The notes below the pieces were generated by a model. It did no database searches. It was not told the DNA's origin and worked only from the letters and a program-made list of their open reading frames with translations. From Camelus dromedarius (lineage: Eukaryota), in contig NC_087437.1 in assembly GCF_036321535.1 (NCBI RefSeq), positions 39,124,001 through 39,188,000 of the forward strand: 64,000 nt of DNA. Direction: 5' to 3'. Below are positions 23,901 to 36,011 of this stretch, one piece after another (positions within the stretch are counted from its first letter, which is position 1; each line of letters starts with the position of its first letter). The translations under genes were made by a program, and so were the position numbers.

Positions 23901-26110
23901 TGGCATGAGGACTGCATCTTTGTGTGTTGGGTCCTGCCACTTGGATACCATCTCAGGCTTGCTTCTTGGAATACCTGCCGATTGTATTGCTTCCCTTTTC
24001 TCCTTTGTCTGTGAGCCTGCAAGTGGTGAACAACCCAGAGACTACATTCAGGGATGCTTTTCAGTTCTCAGATTCTGTTCAGAATCCAGACATCCTCTAA
24101 AAGGCCTCCTGTAGAAGGAGTTGCTATTAACTGCAAATGGAGCTCTGATCACAGGAGGAATGAGGACAGGAGCTGAGACCATTATTCTGTATTCTAAGAT
24201 GTCAAAAGCAGACCATAACAGCTTTTATGTTTCCATTCCTTGCTTTGAGGCCTACACCTTGAAGGCTACCTTTCTTCTCAGGCCTCCCAAACGGATTTTA
24301 TTCTCAAAATTATAAAAGGCAGTGCTATTAGTGCGTGCTCTTGCTGTTTAAGGAAGTGAAAACTTTTCAAATCTTGAGTACAATTACTTGGGGTGTGTTT
24401 AATTTACAACAAGGCAGATTGAGCTCTATTGCTTGAGGTTAAAGACACGATGTGTTCCTTATAGTGCTTTGGACCATGTAGTGGCTCATTGCAGAGTCAG
24501 CGGGAACCATCTGAGAGCTGCCTGACACAAGATGGAGTCACTTGCAATTTACATTAATCAAAGAAATCAATGAAATTTGCAAAGCTTTGCGGCTCTCTGA
24601 AGACTTAGGGGTTACTTACAATTCCAGCAAAAAGCGACAGACTGTATTGAAGGTTCCATTCCATCTCCCATCCCTAACACATTGTGTCGTAAAATTAATT
24701 CAGGGGGCACTTCATTCATATGAAAAAGATATAGAAGTGTGTGATGTGGGGTGGGTGTGTATGTGTGTGTGTTTCTAGGTCTTTTTTTTTTTTTTTTGGA
24801 TGTGGAACATGCATTTGGAGATTTAGAAAATATATGATTATTATTATTTCTTCCTTTTCCTTTCCTTTTATTTATATTTTCGTTCCCATCAGTTGCTTAC
24901 ATGTCCTTGAGTAAGTCTTCCTCCTTCAGCAATTAAGCATATTTATTTCTACATTAATTTTACCGGATTCATCTTATGTATAGGTTGTTAAAAATTTACC
25001 AGTAAGGTTATATGCTTTCTTCATCTTGCCCTATAAACATTTTTTCTTGGATTGTAAAAATCTAGGTTAGAGGTCATGGGTAATGAATGGCAAGGCATGA
25101 AACTTTGGAAGTGTTGAAATTTCTGAGCACCCAGAATCGGAGGAAAATAATACAGAACTTTGAATCTGTAGCTTTGTCACATTAATGGATAGAAAAGTAG
25201 TAACTGGCATTAAAATGTGCTGTTAAGTACCAGAAGCTCTGTGATATCAACATGAACATTGTCAATATGATTCAGTTAACAAAGGTTACCCCGAGTAACA
25301 CAAAAAATATGGTGACTTTCAAAAATATATACAGGCTACCTATGAAGTTGCAGAAATACTAGCAAGAGTTATAAAAATTCTGCTTAAGAGTAAAAGAGTA
25401 TCTTTTGGATAGTGGCAAGTGAAGGGTAAGTCATGGAAGCTTCTTAATTAGGGTGGGAAAATAATAGTTCTTTAATAATACATCAGGGAAAATTTAATAG
25501 AATGGTTGGATTTCAGAAACAATTTAACAAAGGCAAAATGATAAATTACAAAGCAGAAAATATGGGAAGTATATTTGTCACAATGATTAGGTTTCGGAAA
25601 ACCTCTCAAGTAGCCAACTGAGAGTGTGAGTTATTTGAGATCTAATGAGGAAAAAAAAAATAGGATCGGGAGAAGGAGGTAAGGAGTAATCCACTGAATG
25701 CTTTTATATAAATATTTTATGAACATGAAAATAAAGGCAGCACACTAAATATACATCATAGTGATGCAGTTTGTAGTCCTTAGTAAAAATTTTTCCCATA
25801 GTAAGAATTTCCATCTGCCAATCCCTTTCTCATAGGAGGTATTTTAGTTTATTTTATTATTATTTTTGTATTTGGGTTAGTTCCCATTTTTTCCACTGTA
25901 ATGAAGAGTGTGACATTAAGTATTCTTTAATATTTGTGTGACATAGTAAATATTTTAATATCTTATCCTCTGTCTTAAGAGACTGCTTTTAAATATGCTG
26001 TGCCCTGTTTCAGTTATAAAGGTACGGCTCTTCCAGCCACCCTCCCAATATCTCATGGGTTCCGATGGAATCACTCTGAGTTGCTGACCCGTTGTCCCAG
26101 GCTCTGTGGG

Positions 26111-26232
26111 TCCTCTCCTCTCCCTCCCCCCTCCCTTCCCCTCCTCTTACCTCCTCTCCCCTCCCCTCTCCCTGTCTTCTTCCTTCTCTCCCCCTCTGTG
26201 TGTCTCTCCATCTCTGTCTCTCTCTCTCCCTC
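26111..26232. repeat. Pyrimidine-rich (C/T) low-complexity tract
   Basis: About 120 nt of nearly pure C/T; accounts for the Pro/Ser/Leu-rich and Gly/Arg/Glu-rich ORFs listed here. Confidence 0.9.
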
Positions 26233-27005
26233 TGGGGAACATACGTGTTTCCAGGACTTCACAGGGGTAGAGAGTCAGGGAAGACAACCTCTTGCTCTGC
26301 TTTTCCTTATTTTTTTCAAACAAGTACCCACAACTCTCATCCTAATTATCCCCCCGTGTGAAGGCTGAACATTTAAGCATATTTGAACCATTTTTCATAA
26401 TTACTGACTAGATATTTAAGAGTATGTTCACATACACAGTACTTGAATTTCGAATAAAGAACTGCGTATAGAACTTGTGTACTAATACAAGTAAATAAGC
26501 CTCGTTTGCTCTCTAGAGCTCGTAAAAATGGTAGTCTTAGAAAAATTTTAATTGTACTAGACACAATATGCTAGACATATTTTTAGCATTACAGGGTAAC
26601 CTTTATAGCAAGGAACCAGCAGTATTAAAATATTTTAAAAAGTGTGTGGCTGATGCCAAAACCTTAGGGTCCCCACCTGAAATTGTTTCCATCTTTCAGG
26701 TTCCCTAATTTTGACTCTCGTGCCTCCCCTCTTCCTCCTGCCTTTTCTTCCCACACCTTCACTTGTTTTCATAAAGCAGATGTGGAGCTTGCTGGCCAAT
26801 GTGTGGCCCCCAGATGCTATGACTCCTCTGGGAAGACATCCCTAACAGGGTCCTAGAATTGATGCGCAGAGAGCTCCTGTCTTCCACTAAAACGTGGTAT
26901 CATGTGTTCCAGAAGGGTCTAGTTCAGTGCTTGGCTTTTAAGCTGACAGCTCTGCAGAGCTTAAGGATGGTGAAGGCCTTTTCAAGCTTTTGAAGACTTT
27001 ATATG

Positions 27006-27508
27006 TGTAGGGGAAACAACACTTGACCTCTTCCCATGTTAAGTTTTCAGCTTGAGTCTTGAACAAAAAGATAGATTAACCAAAGGAACACAGTTTATTA
27101 AGGCACGCAGCGCACATCACACCTGAGAAACTTTCATGAGGAGGCGCTCAAAATGGTGACTTAGAACTCTGGTTTGTACACCGTCTTCAACAAAGAGCAA
27201 TAAATTTGTGGAGATACGACAGGACAGAGGAAAGTGGTTTTAGGCTCCCAAGGGCGGCAAACTGTGGGAAGGTAAATATATGGGGGGGAACTAATGGAGC
27301 TGGGATTGTTTACAGATTCCTCTGATGCCATCTCTGCGTTGGTAAGAATCTATCTTGAGTAAACGGAGAATTTATATCCTGCTTTTAGGCAGAACAGAGG
27401 GAGGATAGAGAACTTTTCCCGCGTTTGCTACCTCCTAATTGCCTTCAGCTCAAAATAATTTTTATGTCCAAGAGGCATGTTTGGGGGCACATATTTTGGT
27501 TTCCCTCA
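27006..27508 (-). mobile_element. MER34/MER39-like ERV1 solo LTR
   Basis: Begins TGTAGGGGAAA and ends AATTGCCTTCAGCTCAAAATAAT...ATATTTTGGTTTCCCTCA; reverse AATAAA near 27093. Confidence 0.85.
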
Positions 27509-27759
27509 AGTGCATGAGTAGAACCCCTATTTCAGTATACTTTGGAATAATGCATATCTGCTCTGTCTTAAATTATTAGGGATTAAGACTCCAGGGGCAG
27601 GTGATTTCAGCAGTAATTGAAGTTTGGAGAGAAACGATGGCCCTTTTCTGAGTCTTTCCCCCACTCTGAGTTTTCATAGTATTGATGTCTGCATACTTTG
27701 TATCTCAACATCCCCTCCTTCTGGCAGACTTTCTCCTTGTTTATATTTAAATGAGCGAT

Positions 27760-27870
27760 GGCTGAGAGTCAGGCTTCTAGATTCTAGTCCCAGCAGAATA
27801 TTAATTAGCTTTGTGGTTTGTCCAAAGATACTTCAACATTCCTGGCTTTAGTTCCTACAAATGTAAAATG
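27760..27870 (+). mobile_element. MIR SINE fragment
   Basis: GAGTCAGG...TTCTAGTCCCAGC...TAGCTTTGTG...TTAGTTCCTACAAATGTAAAATG. Confidence 0.55.
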
Positions 27871-29635
27871 ACTCCTTCTTTATGACCTTTCAGAGAATGT
27901 ACAGTTTAAAAGGTCTTAAATTCCTTGCATTTCTGGTCTTCAGGTATAGACTACAATCTCCATTAGGCCATGACATCTATATCTGACATGTCTAGAACCG
28001 TGCTGGTTATTATAATTTAGGTACGCAAGAAAGTGAATTCATTGAAAAGAAATAAAGTATTAAGGAACACATTCCTGCCATAATTTAAGGACTCTTCTAT
28101 CTTAGCTCCTTGTTCTCAGTGATGCATGTATTGCTGATGTAATAGGGTTAAGTCTGAAACTGTTTTTGGTGAGACCAGCCTTCTTCAGACCCAAATTGAA
28201 AGACTGTAGTAACTTGATGTTTTGAGCCTGTGGGCTCTATATCTATACAGATAAAGTATAGATAATAGCGGAATTGTAGTGAATTCGTAGTATTTCCTAC
28301 TAGGCAGTAGAGAAAATTTAAACCCCTCCTCCCATCATCTGCCCAAAACCCTCCTAAAAATAACAAATTTAGTTCTACCGCATAATCTATCGAGGACGAC
28401 CCATTCCTCACCTGAGAATTGTAACGTTTTATTTCACTCAGTTGGGGATGATGTAAAGGAAGACTCATTTTTCTGGTGAAACGGCAAAAGGAAGCGGATT
28501 TCTGGCTAAGGGGTTTTCATTGATAGTAGTTTTTCCTTCTTTTCTTTTTTTCATCAAGAGCCCCTGAACATTGTTAGTTGAAACCACACCTACCACAGTT
28601 AGAGTTAGGTGTGTGGGAATATTATTAAGAGTACATTTTCAGTAGAAGTCTCCAGAAAGTGTTACTGCTAATCTTCTGAGCCATTAGTGGTATTCATATG
28701 ATAAAATGTTAATGTTTCTCTTCTAATTTAAGTGCATTTCTGAACATACCTCAAAGCCAAGCCATGCTGGGTTGAAATGAGGAATGTGATTGGATTTGAT
28801 TTTAATAGAACATTACATTGATGGAATTGAGATTGACCTCATTATGATTCTCAATTCCATACTAGATCTTTGCTTTAGGCATTAAAGAGCATATGGTAAT
28901 AACTTTTTTTTTTTTAAGCTTTGCTGCTAAAGATTTAGTAGAAAGATTATCTGGAATACTTTTTATCAAATATCTTATTTAAATAAGAGGAATTCTTTAA
29001 AGCATTAGCATTAAAAATTCACAGAACGCAGGAAATTAAAGACAGAAAAATCTATTAGGTTATCTTCTCTCCCCTAAAAAAGGATTACATCAGAGGGAAG
29101 AAGCTATGAAAATGAAAAATAATAACTGAAACAATTACAATATCAACACTATACATGAGAGAGGAAAGGATGTATTGGATTGGTTAGGGAAATCAACTGA
29201 AATAAATATTATATTCTTTAAGAAGTCTTTTACCCCATTTTTATGTGTTAAGTTTATATGTCTGAAATATTTACAGTTAAGGCATCAATTCTTTTGGTTG
29301 TTTTTAAACCTAAGTGATTTTGAGGCATTTTTTTTATATAAATAAGCAATCGAAATTAAGATTTGATTGAAAATTCTTAATGCAAATGATCTGCTTGCAG
29401 TACCTTGTTAATATACTCTGCCTTTTTTATTTTTGGATTCTCAGCACAGAATTCTGTTCAAATACCACATATGATATTTTCATTTTGTTATATAATATAC
29501 ACACAGATTGAAATGACTTGAAGTCTTATGTATTAGAAAGAAAGAAATTATTAACCGGCTTATAAATAGAATTGTTTCTGATTTTATTTTCAAGAACTAA
29601 TGAGCTCTCATCCTACTGAACATAAGGTAGATGGG

Positions 29636-30213
29636 TGCAGAAAAGGAAAACTTGACTTTTTTTCTTCCATTCATCTTAGATTCAGTGTCTGGGGTCCTGC
29701 AAATGAGACTGACAAAAGACAGATTAACAAACGACACGCAAAGTTTATTAACATGTGCATTGTGCACAGGCACAGATTTCATTGGTGAAAACTTGAAAGG
29801 GCAGTTAGAACTTGGGCTTATAAAACATCTTAATAAAAGAACAACAAACTTGCAGAGAAGTGGCAAGACACATAAAGAGGCCTTGGAGTGTTTAGGAGTG
29901 GTGGATTGTGAAAAAGCTACATATACGGAGAAACTAATGTAGAGAAGGGCCGCTTAACGCGGTTGGTTTGTGTAGACTCTTCCCTGGTGCCGTCTCGTCT
30001 GCAGGGATCAGAGCGTTCTCCCTGGCGCCCGAAGTCGGGGACAGAGGCTCATCTTCCCCAGGGGGACTTACATATTTATGTTCTGCTTTCAGGCAGATGC
30101 GGGGGTGGGTAGACATCTCATCTTGTGTCTGCTTTTTCTAAATTGCCTTCTGCTCAAAATAATCCTTATGCCAGAATGATGTATTTTGGGGTGGCATACT
30201 CTGAACCCCTTCA
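29636..30213 (-). mobile_element. MER34-like ERV1 solo LTR
   Basis: TG...CA termini, TSD TGGG/TGGC; ends GTATTTTGGGGTGGCATACTCTGAACCCCTTCA, the reverse of the MER34 start. Confidence 0.88.
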
Positions 30214-30333
30214 TGGCTAGGCAACACACTTTAAATTTGTCCACTTAGATCACTGATGCTTTAAATTTTAATGATCTCTTTTGGATGACTAGATACCTTT
30301 TAGGAAAATGTTCAAACTTTTCAATATTCCCTA

Positions 30334-30936
30334 TGATGCGGGAAAACAGATGTGGGGCAAGAGAAGGGCCGTGTCCCAGTTCTCGGTTGAGCCCCTGGGA
30401 CGTGCCCCGCCAGGTGTGGGTCCTTGGCTTCGCGCAGGAAAGAATTCAAGTGCGAGCCACAGTTGAGTGAAGGTAGATTTATTCAGAGAGATACATTGAA
30501 AGGCAAGAGAAAGGCCACGAGGTGTGGGGGTTGGGTGCTCAGATTAAAAGTAGGTACACATTCCATAGACAGAATGCGGCCGTCTCTGAAGAGAGAGGGG
30601 CAGCCGTGAGGCACCCCTGTTGCTGGTTTTTATGGGCTTGGTGGCTTCATAGGCTAATGAGTGGAAGGACCAGTCTAAGGGGATGGGGCGGAAGTTGGCC
30701 ATTTCCCACTCTTTGACCTTTTGTGTCTAGCCTTGGGACTGCCATGGTGCCTGTAGGCATGTTATTCACCATGGTAATATATTACAATGGGCGTATAGTA
30801 AGGCTCAAGTTCTGCTAGAAGTTAAATCTCATCATCCTGAGCCTCAAGGCCTACTGAGGGTTGAACCTTTCACCATTTTGATGCTAATTGCTGTGGCATT
30901 CCTTGAATGGCTGTGCCCTGCCCCCTTCCTGTCTCA
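30334..30936 (-). mobile_element. Young ERV1-class solo LTR (603 bp)
   Basis: TG...CA termini with a perfect CCTA TSD (30330-30333 / 30937-30940), reverse AATAAA at 30478-30483 and many retained CpGs. Confidence 0.92.
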
Positions 30937-31339
30937 CCTACTCTGCCTCTGCTTCTCCCACTGGGCGTGTGTGGCTTTGTTTCTTGTGGTGAGGGTATCT
31001 CTACCTAGCAAAGGTGTGCTTGGTCTGGTTTGCTTATGAGGCAGGCACCTGTAAGGTAGGACTGGTCCCATCTGGACATTTGCGTGGAATACTGGCACCC
31101 ACACTAGGAACCTCTAGCCCGGCAACGTGTCACTCGCCGTGATATTCTGTATTCTGTAGCCTTTTCACAGTTCTTGTTTGATTTCAAGATTAATCCTTCG
31201 GATTTAGGTAAAATTGATGGTAAGGGTCAAGTAGCCTTAGCTTTGGAATGAGAAGATATGACTGAGCTGAGTGAAACAGGTGGTATTGGACTTATTGAGC
31301 GCCAGCGAACCTACAAGTCCTAGTCAATTACGACCAAGC

Positions 31340-31642
31340 GAGCAGCAGGTCCTGGAGGATTTGCCCTCTCTCCTAAGACTTGCCTTCCTCACTCCCTGTG
31401 GTCTGCCAGCCACTCAAGCCTCCTTTCAATTACTCCATCTTGTCAAACTCCTTCTGAGATGCTGGTCTGTCACCCTAGAAAGCTCCTTGCTTCATGGTTC
31501 CTTTTTGTCCTTTATTGTCTCAGCACAAATGTCACCTCCTCTGTGGTCTATGTCTTTTATTCACTGCTGTGTCCCTAGTACCTAGAATACTGCCTGACAT
31601 AGATCATAATGCATAGTAAATGAAAGAAATTTGGATGAATAA
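31340..31642 (+). mobile_element. L2 3' region
   Basis: CCAGCCACTCAAGCCTCC...TTCACTGCTGTGTCCCTAGTACCTAGAATACTGCCTGACATA...GGATGAATAA. Confidence 0.75.
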
Positions 31643-31654
31643 AGTGATACCACT

Positions 31655-31835
31655 TAGTCTTTACAATAACTTGATGACGTATACCTTGTAACCCTCAGTT
31701 CACAGTGGGAAAACTGAGGCTCAGAGAGCTTAGGCAACTTGTCTGAATTTATCCTGCTAGTGTGAAGCAGAAATGGAATTCTAATTCAAGCCCAAGTGGA
31801 TGCAAAGCCCATCTTTGAACACTGAGCCATACTGT
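31655..31835 (-). mobile_element. MIR SINE
   Basis: CACAGTGGGAAAACTGAGGCTCAGAGAGCTTAGGCAACTTGTCTGAA. Confidence 0.75.
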
Positions 31836-33058
31836 CTGCTTCTATAGTGTAAATTCTGTCACATTTCTAGTAGCTTGGTCCATATGTTAATAGACTAATG
31901 TAGTATATTTTTCTCTAAGTGCTACCCAGAATAAGCATATTATGTATATAATTTGAAGTAGATTCCTCTCCTCCCATTTTTTTGTGAGAGCAGAATCGTA
32001 TGTGCATATTCATTTTTCTTAAAGCCTCACAAAGAGGGTGGTTGAATTGTGCTCTTAACAGTAAAGCTGAAAATGTCATACTCACCCAGGTAAGGAAATA
32101 ATTTTCATAAATAATTCAAAGAGATGGAAACATTTTTAGGCAGTAACAACTTTCTGTAACTCTCAAAAATGTGAAATGTCTTATGATATTTGGCTTTAAT
32201 GCTCAACTCTAATTGGAAAATGTTATCATGGTATAATATGTCATTTCATTGAATGAAAAGTTCAGGTTGAAGAATATAGAGTTATTAAGGAATAACCAAA
32301 GGCTTTCCTGATAAGTTAACAGCAGTTTATTTGATTTTGGACAGAATCCCAGGTCCTCTTCATGACGGTGATTGTGCACAGTGCTTCTTCCTCTCCAGGC
32401 CACTGACACAGCAGGTGACAGGCAGCACCATCGAAAGATTTGATCACTCTCCCTGTAATGAGAGCTGGTTTCTGTGCCTCCACTTGATGTGGTTACTTTA
32501 GAGTACTTCTGGCTGAATACCTCTTCTCTTATTTTATGGATGAGAGAAGGAAAAATAGATTTCTTTTTCCATCATATTTCCAGCCATACATGTTTTGCTT
32601 CAACAACTTGTCCAATGGCAGGTAGAAAACCTGAGCAGCTGCTGGGAAGCACATTTCTGTAGATTGATCCACAAAGGACAGACTGCAGAGCACTCTGAGG
32701 GGTGGGATCGGAAAATGAAGCCAAATCAGCAAAACAAAGCAAAACAAAAAGCCCGAAGCAAATTAATCATGACAAAACCTGTATAAAATCGGGAGAACAA
32801 ACCGTTGTACCTTGAACCTTCAATAAACAAATTCATTTTGAATTTCACTAGAATGGAAGGTTGAAATGCAAAACTGGTTCTATGTGTAAAGCAAACATAA
32901 GGAGAGACTGACTTTCAGAGAAATTAATAGTAATAATTGAATACTTTATTACATAATTTATAGTTTAAAGAGAAGGTTTACTAAACCATTGTCATTGTAA
33001 GATCAGAAAAGTGACAGATTTTCTCTTCCTTAAAAGATAACTTTGTTGTCCCTTGTTT

Positions 33059-33551
33059 ATTTATTTAATTATTATTCTTTTAAATTTTTATTTTATTGAG
33101 TTATAGTCAGTTTACAATGTTGTGCCAGTTTCCAGTGTAGAGCACAATTTTTCAGTTATAAATGAACATACATACATTCATTGTCACATACTTTTTCACC
33201 GTGAGCTACCACAAGATCTTGTATATATTTCCCCGTGCTATACAATATCATCTTGTTTATCTATTCTATATGTACTTGTCAGTATCTACAAATTTCAAAC
33301 TCCCAGTCTGTCCCTTCCCACCCCCGCTGCCTCCGGCAACCACAAGTTTATATTCTATGTCTATGAATCTGTTTCTGTTTTGTATTTATGTTCATTTGTC
33401 TTTTTCTTTTTTTTTTTTCCTTTCTCTCTCTTTTTTTTTTTTTTTTTTAGATTCTGCATATCAGCAATCTCATATGGTATTTTTCTTTCTCTTTCTGGCC
33501 TACTTCACTTAGAATGACATTCTCCAGGGACATCCATGTTGCTGCAAATGG
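33059..33551 (-). mobile_element. 5'-truncated young camelid-type LINE-1 (last ORF2 codons plus 3'UTR)
   Basis: Similar to 1274-1720; TSD TGTTGTCCCT(TG/CA)TTT at 33044-33058 and 33552-33566. Confidence 0.93.
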
Positions 33552-34429
33552 TGTTGTCCCTCATTTAAATAAATATGATTCCACTAAAATGAAATGCTCA
33601 CGTTTGGTAAGATCATAATATTTGGACCATAATTTAATGTTTTTGGATTATTATTAATAATTACTAATTATTCTTAATAATTCTGGATTATTACATACTA
33701 ATAATTACTTAAATTTTGACACAGAAACAGTTTTTAATGCAAAACTATTATGTTGATAAAGAAGATAAATTATATTAAAAATAAATCAGCTCTTACGTTT
33801 TACTACTATCTATTTCAGTTCCTTAGAATGTTTTCTGTTTAGTAGAACCAAGTTTATTTGTAATCACTTACTCCAGTAACCATCTGTATTGATCGCATGG
33901 TGAAGAGCAGGGGGTTTATTTTTTGTTTGCTTTTACATCTCTTGGTGAAAAACAGAATGCTAAATTCTTAGTGTCATGCTCCAGAACTCAAAACCCTGTC
34001 CTTGTGACACCTTGTTTCTTCTTCTCAGAACTAGTAATATGTTGTTGTAATTGGAGATACTCTTTTGAGGGGGAGACAGAAGTGCAACTCTACATAGAAC
34101 AAAACTGGCTCATGATAATAACATGCACAAGAAAACAGGAAACATTAGGAGATAGAATTTGCTGAAATGCGTATTTATGGGTAATGGGGCTAATAGCACT
34201 TATATATGAAAACTCTCCGAAAACATCTTTGCTATTTCTGAGGGTGTAGGCAGGAAACTGAGGATTTGGGGAGCCCCACTCAAGTTTTCATTGCATCTTT
34301 CAGTGAATGGTTGGGACAAAGAGAGATAGGAAGGGTTGGGAAATAAATAGTTGGTTTTGAATTTCAGAGCCTAGGTTTAAGACACATGCGGTCTCCGAAT
34401 AGGGATGAAAAGAATAGCAGGCAGATTTC

Positions 34430-34625
34430 TTCTCTCACCATAACTCTGTAATAGCTTTCCTGAAAATGGAGTGGGGCTGCATCAGGAGATAGAATTCCTT
34501 ATTTCTGGGGAATGTTGAAACCAATGAACAACTTTTTGGTGAGAGAACTGTGAAGGGGGCTCAGGCATAAGTGATAGGATTAGATGATTTTTAAATGTTC
34601 TTATAATCTGAAATTTTATTATTTT
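34430..34625 (+). mobile_element. L3/CR1 LINE 3' end
   Basis: AATGGAGTGGGGCTGCATCAGGAGATAG...GGATTAGATGATTTTTAAATGTTCTTATAATCTGAAATTTTAT resembles the L3 terminus. Confidence 0.6.
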
Positions 34626-35307
34626 GTTATGTTTTCTGTATTAAAAAAATTTTTAAAGGTCTAATTTTATAAAACACCAGACCGGTTAACCTAGGTCACA
34701 GGATATAAATATAAATTTCTCTCTTTTGAAAGAAGTTCTGTCTCCTATGTTCTAATCCAATAGGCAGAATAGAATATTTACAGAATTGAAAAGAAACCCA
34801 TATTTTATATAACACATTATCTCAAGCAGAATTTTTTAGAGAGTAGCATTTCGTGTGACCCCACACTGGGGAATTATGATATTTCAAGTTAGCTCTATTA
34901 GGAGGACAAAAGTAGGGAGCAAATCCTAAACAATGGAGTAGGGTGGGAAGGACTGGCTCTCCCAGATGAGAGGAATGCCAGATGAGGAAGGTAAGTTTTC
35001 ACATGCTGGTAAAATTGTATGCAGAAAGTGAAGTAAAATGTGTTAGACCAACATTCTAGCTCTCATGAGACCAAATATAGTCTTTTATGACAATTGTCAT
35101 AGCACTTAAAGTTCAACCCACAATTTATCCAGTCTTTTAAGTCAGTTGTATTATGTGTTGAACCCTGTGGGACATTGCTTTTGATTTTATAATGAATATT
35201 AATAGGGAATGAGACTTATAACCAAGGTTTCTGAGATGTATTTTGTAAAATTGAAGGATCTTTGTTTTATGTTGCAGGATTCGATTGTGACATTTTAAAA
35301 ATATAGT

Positions 35308-35762
35308 TGTCGACAAAAAAATTAGTCAGTTGATCCATTAAAGAAATGGAAAATTTTATTTGAACTGAAATTGAGAATTATAATCCAGAAAGCTCTGAGA
35401 ACTGTTCTGCCAGTTAGAAATCAAGGCACAGGTATGTAAGTTTTTTTGAGACAGAGGGCTGTACATCAAATGACCTATTAGTGACAGTTTACATAATCCA
35501 GATCTAAGTGTCATCCTGGTGGGTCATGTGACCCCTTACAAGGGCAAGAAGAAATGTTACCTTTTAAGGAGTTTTGTTGATGCTGGGAGGATATTGCTGT
35601 CTATGGTTGAGCAGGTATTCCTGCCAGTGGGGGAGGTGTGTACAAGGCATAATGCAGATACACAATGCATGGTGCAAGGAGAGAGGAGGCCAGAGGACAG
35701 AGAAGAAATTTTTACGTTTAAATTTTTCTTGGCTTGCCGTAAGAGATGAATTTTACTTCGTA
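35308..35762 (-). mobile_element. ERV1-class solo LTR
   Basis: Starts TGTCGACAAAAAA like the 17077 LTR; reverse AATAAA near 35357; probable TSD TAGT/TATT. Confidence 0.75.
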
Positions 35763-35880
35763 TATTTAATGAGTTAGTACTTGAGTCAACATATTCTAAT
35801 TTAATTAAACATAATTAAAGACTCAAAGAAAGTAAAATATGAGCTGTCTACCATAATATGTCTCTTAATTTTCATTTTTG

Positions 35881-36011
35881 TTTGAAAGGGGGGTGATAGG
35901 TAGGTAGGTTTATTTATTTGTTTATTTTTAGGGGAGATACTGGGGACTGAACCCAATACCTTGTGTATGCTAAGCATATGCTCTACCACTTGAGCTATGC
36001 CCTCCCCACCT
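35881..36011 (-). mobile_element. tRNA-Ala-derived camelid SINE (vic-1-like)
   Basis: Minus strand reads GGGGAGGGCATAGCTCAAGTGGTAGAGCATATGCTTAGCATACACAAGGTATTGGGTTCAGTCCCCAGTATCTCC (A and B boxes, AGC anticodon arm) plus an A-rich tail. 16-bp TSD TTAA(T/C)TTTCATTTTTG at 35865-35880 / 36012-36027. Confidence 0.9.

Noticed and set aside
26000..26368. 122-aa proline-rich ORF and its antisense Gly/Arg/Glu-rich ORF
   Set aside because: By-products of the C/T low-complexity tract.
28310..28420. C/A-rich stretch reminiscent of a mitochondrial insertion (NUMT)
   Set aside because: I could not match it to any mitochondrial gene or rRNA. BLASTN against a camelid mitogenome would settle it.
27006..30213. 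Two same-orientation MER34-like LTRs as the ends of one provirus
   Set aside because: The copies differ in length and sequence, the right one has its own TSD, and the 2.1 kb between them shows a MIR but no PBS, gag or pol.
32025..32095. Strong donor CAG|GTAAGG at 32089|32090
   Set aside because: Upstream acceptors are weak or ambiguous and give no recognisable peptide; isolated donors are common in introns.
32420..32442. REST/NRSE-like site (GCAGCACCATCGAAAG)
   Set aside because: The right half-site GGACAG has two mismatches.
35932..36007. tRNA-Ala(AGC) gene
   Set aside because: Stems are mutated, and it carries an A-rich tail and a 16-bp TSD, so it is a SINE copy.
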